Of a DNA stretch of 64,000 bases, positions 63,424 through 64,000 are shown one piece after another. The translations under genes were made by a program, and so were the position numbers. This DNA is from Octopus sinensis (taxonomy: Eukaryota). The notes under the pieces were generated by a model. That model was not told the DNA's origin, ran no database searches, and worked only from the letters and a program-made list of their open reading frames with translations. Each line of letters begins with the position of its first letter. Position 1 is the first letter of the stretch. The stretch spans positions 33,976,001 to 34,040,000 of the forward strand of contig NC_043005.1 of NCBI RefSeq assembly GCF_006345805.1. The letters run 5' to 3'.

Positions 63424-64000
63424 TGAACAGTACTAATCAACTTTGGAAGGATACTTTTTTAGCCAGAGGGGAAGCAGATAAGAAAAAATTTGCCAATGTT
63501 TTGCACCGTGAGGACCAAAGACATGAGGTATTTTGTGTTAAAAGACAGTGTGTGAGAGAGAATCGTGATGTTGTAGGAGAGAAATGTGTTCGCATGGATG
63601 ATGGTTCACTTGCACTAAACGAGGCTGCAAAGAGAGAGGTTTGGAGACGCTACTATGAAAGGTTACTGAATAAAGAAAATGAATGGGAAAAAGAGAGTCT
63701 ACCCTATGTTGACCTAATAGGGACCAGCTATCTGAGTTGACAGTACCTTGGTAGGTTAAGCAATTAAGAGTATGAAGACAGGTAAAGACCCTGACCCATC
63801 AGGAATCACTGCAGAGATGCTCAAAATATCTGGCAGTGTTGGCTACAGCCTAGTCACCCGTATTGTTAACTAGGTGATACACAAAGGAGTCATACCCAAT
63901 GACTGGTGTAGCAGCACTATAGTCAACTGCTACAAAGGAAAAGGTGATGCTTTAGATACAAATAATTACAGAGGTATCAAGTTGTTATATCAGGTAATGA
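63424..64000 (+). mobile_element. RTE LINE fragment (linker and RT start), runs off right edge
   Basis: GEKCVRMDDGSLAL...YERLLN.EN.W, PSGITAEMLK, NCYKGKGDALD..NYRGIKLL. Confidence 0.9.

Overview
AT-rich, repeat-dense eukaryotic genomic DNA, very probably an octopod cephalopod (Octopus sp.), judged from SINE/RTE families I recognise and the (TA)n/(CA)n microsatellite load. The only host protein-coding gene I can support is a GON-4-like (GON4L/YY1AP1 family) transcriptional co-regulator on the minus strand. It has 17 phase-consistent GT-AG coding exons from about 39920 down to 1096 (4424 nt, at least 1474 codons), and the gene continues past the left edge. A TE-poor 4.5 kb block (43.3-47.9 kb) is the likely promoter region. 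The rest is decayed mobile DNA: RTE LINEs and their 3' tails, Tx1/L1 LINEs, a Penelope GIY-YIG fragment, Helitron pieces, pogo/Tigger, piggyBac and hAT MITEs, at least three tRNA-derived SINE families and fold-back MITEs with telomere-like cores. The most unusual item is a tRNA-promoter plus minimal hammerhead-ribozyme element, inserted as a head-to-head dimer inside a single 13-bp target-site duplication (28086-28512). Also notable are a second hammerhead with a 75-nt loop (171-288), several long intronic hairpins and a Helitron-abutting minisatellite. Exon boundaries were read by hand from splice signals and codon phase. Homology calls rest on remembered family motifs, not database searches.
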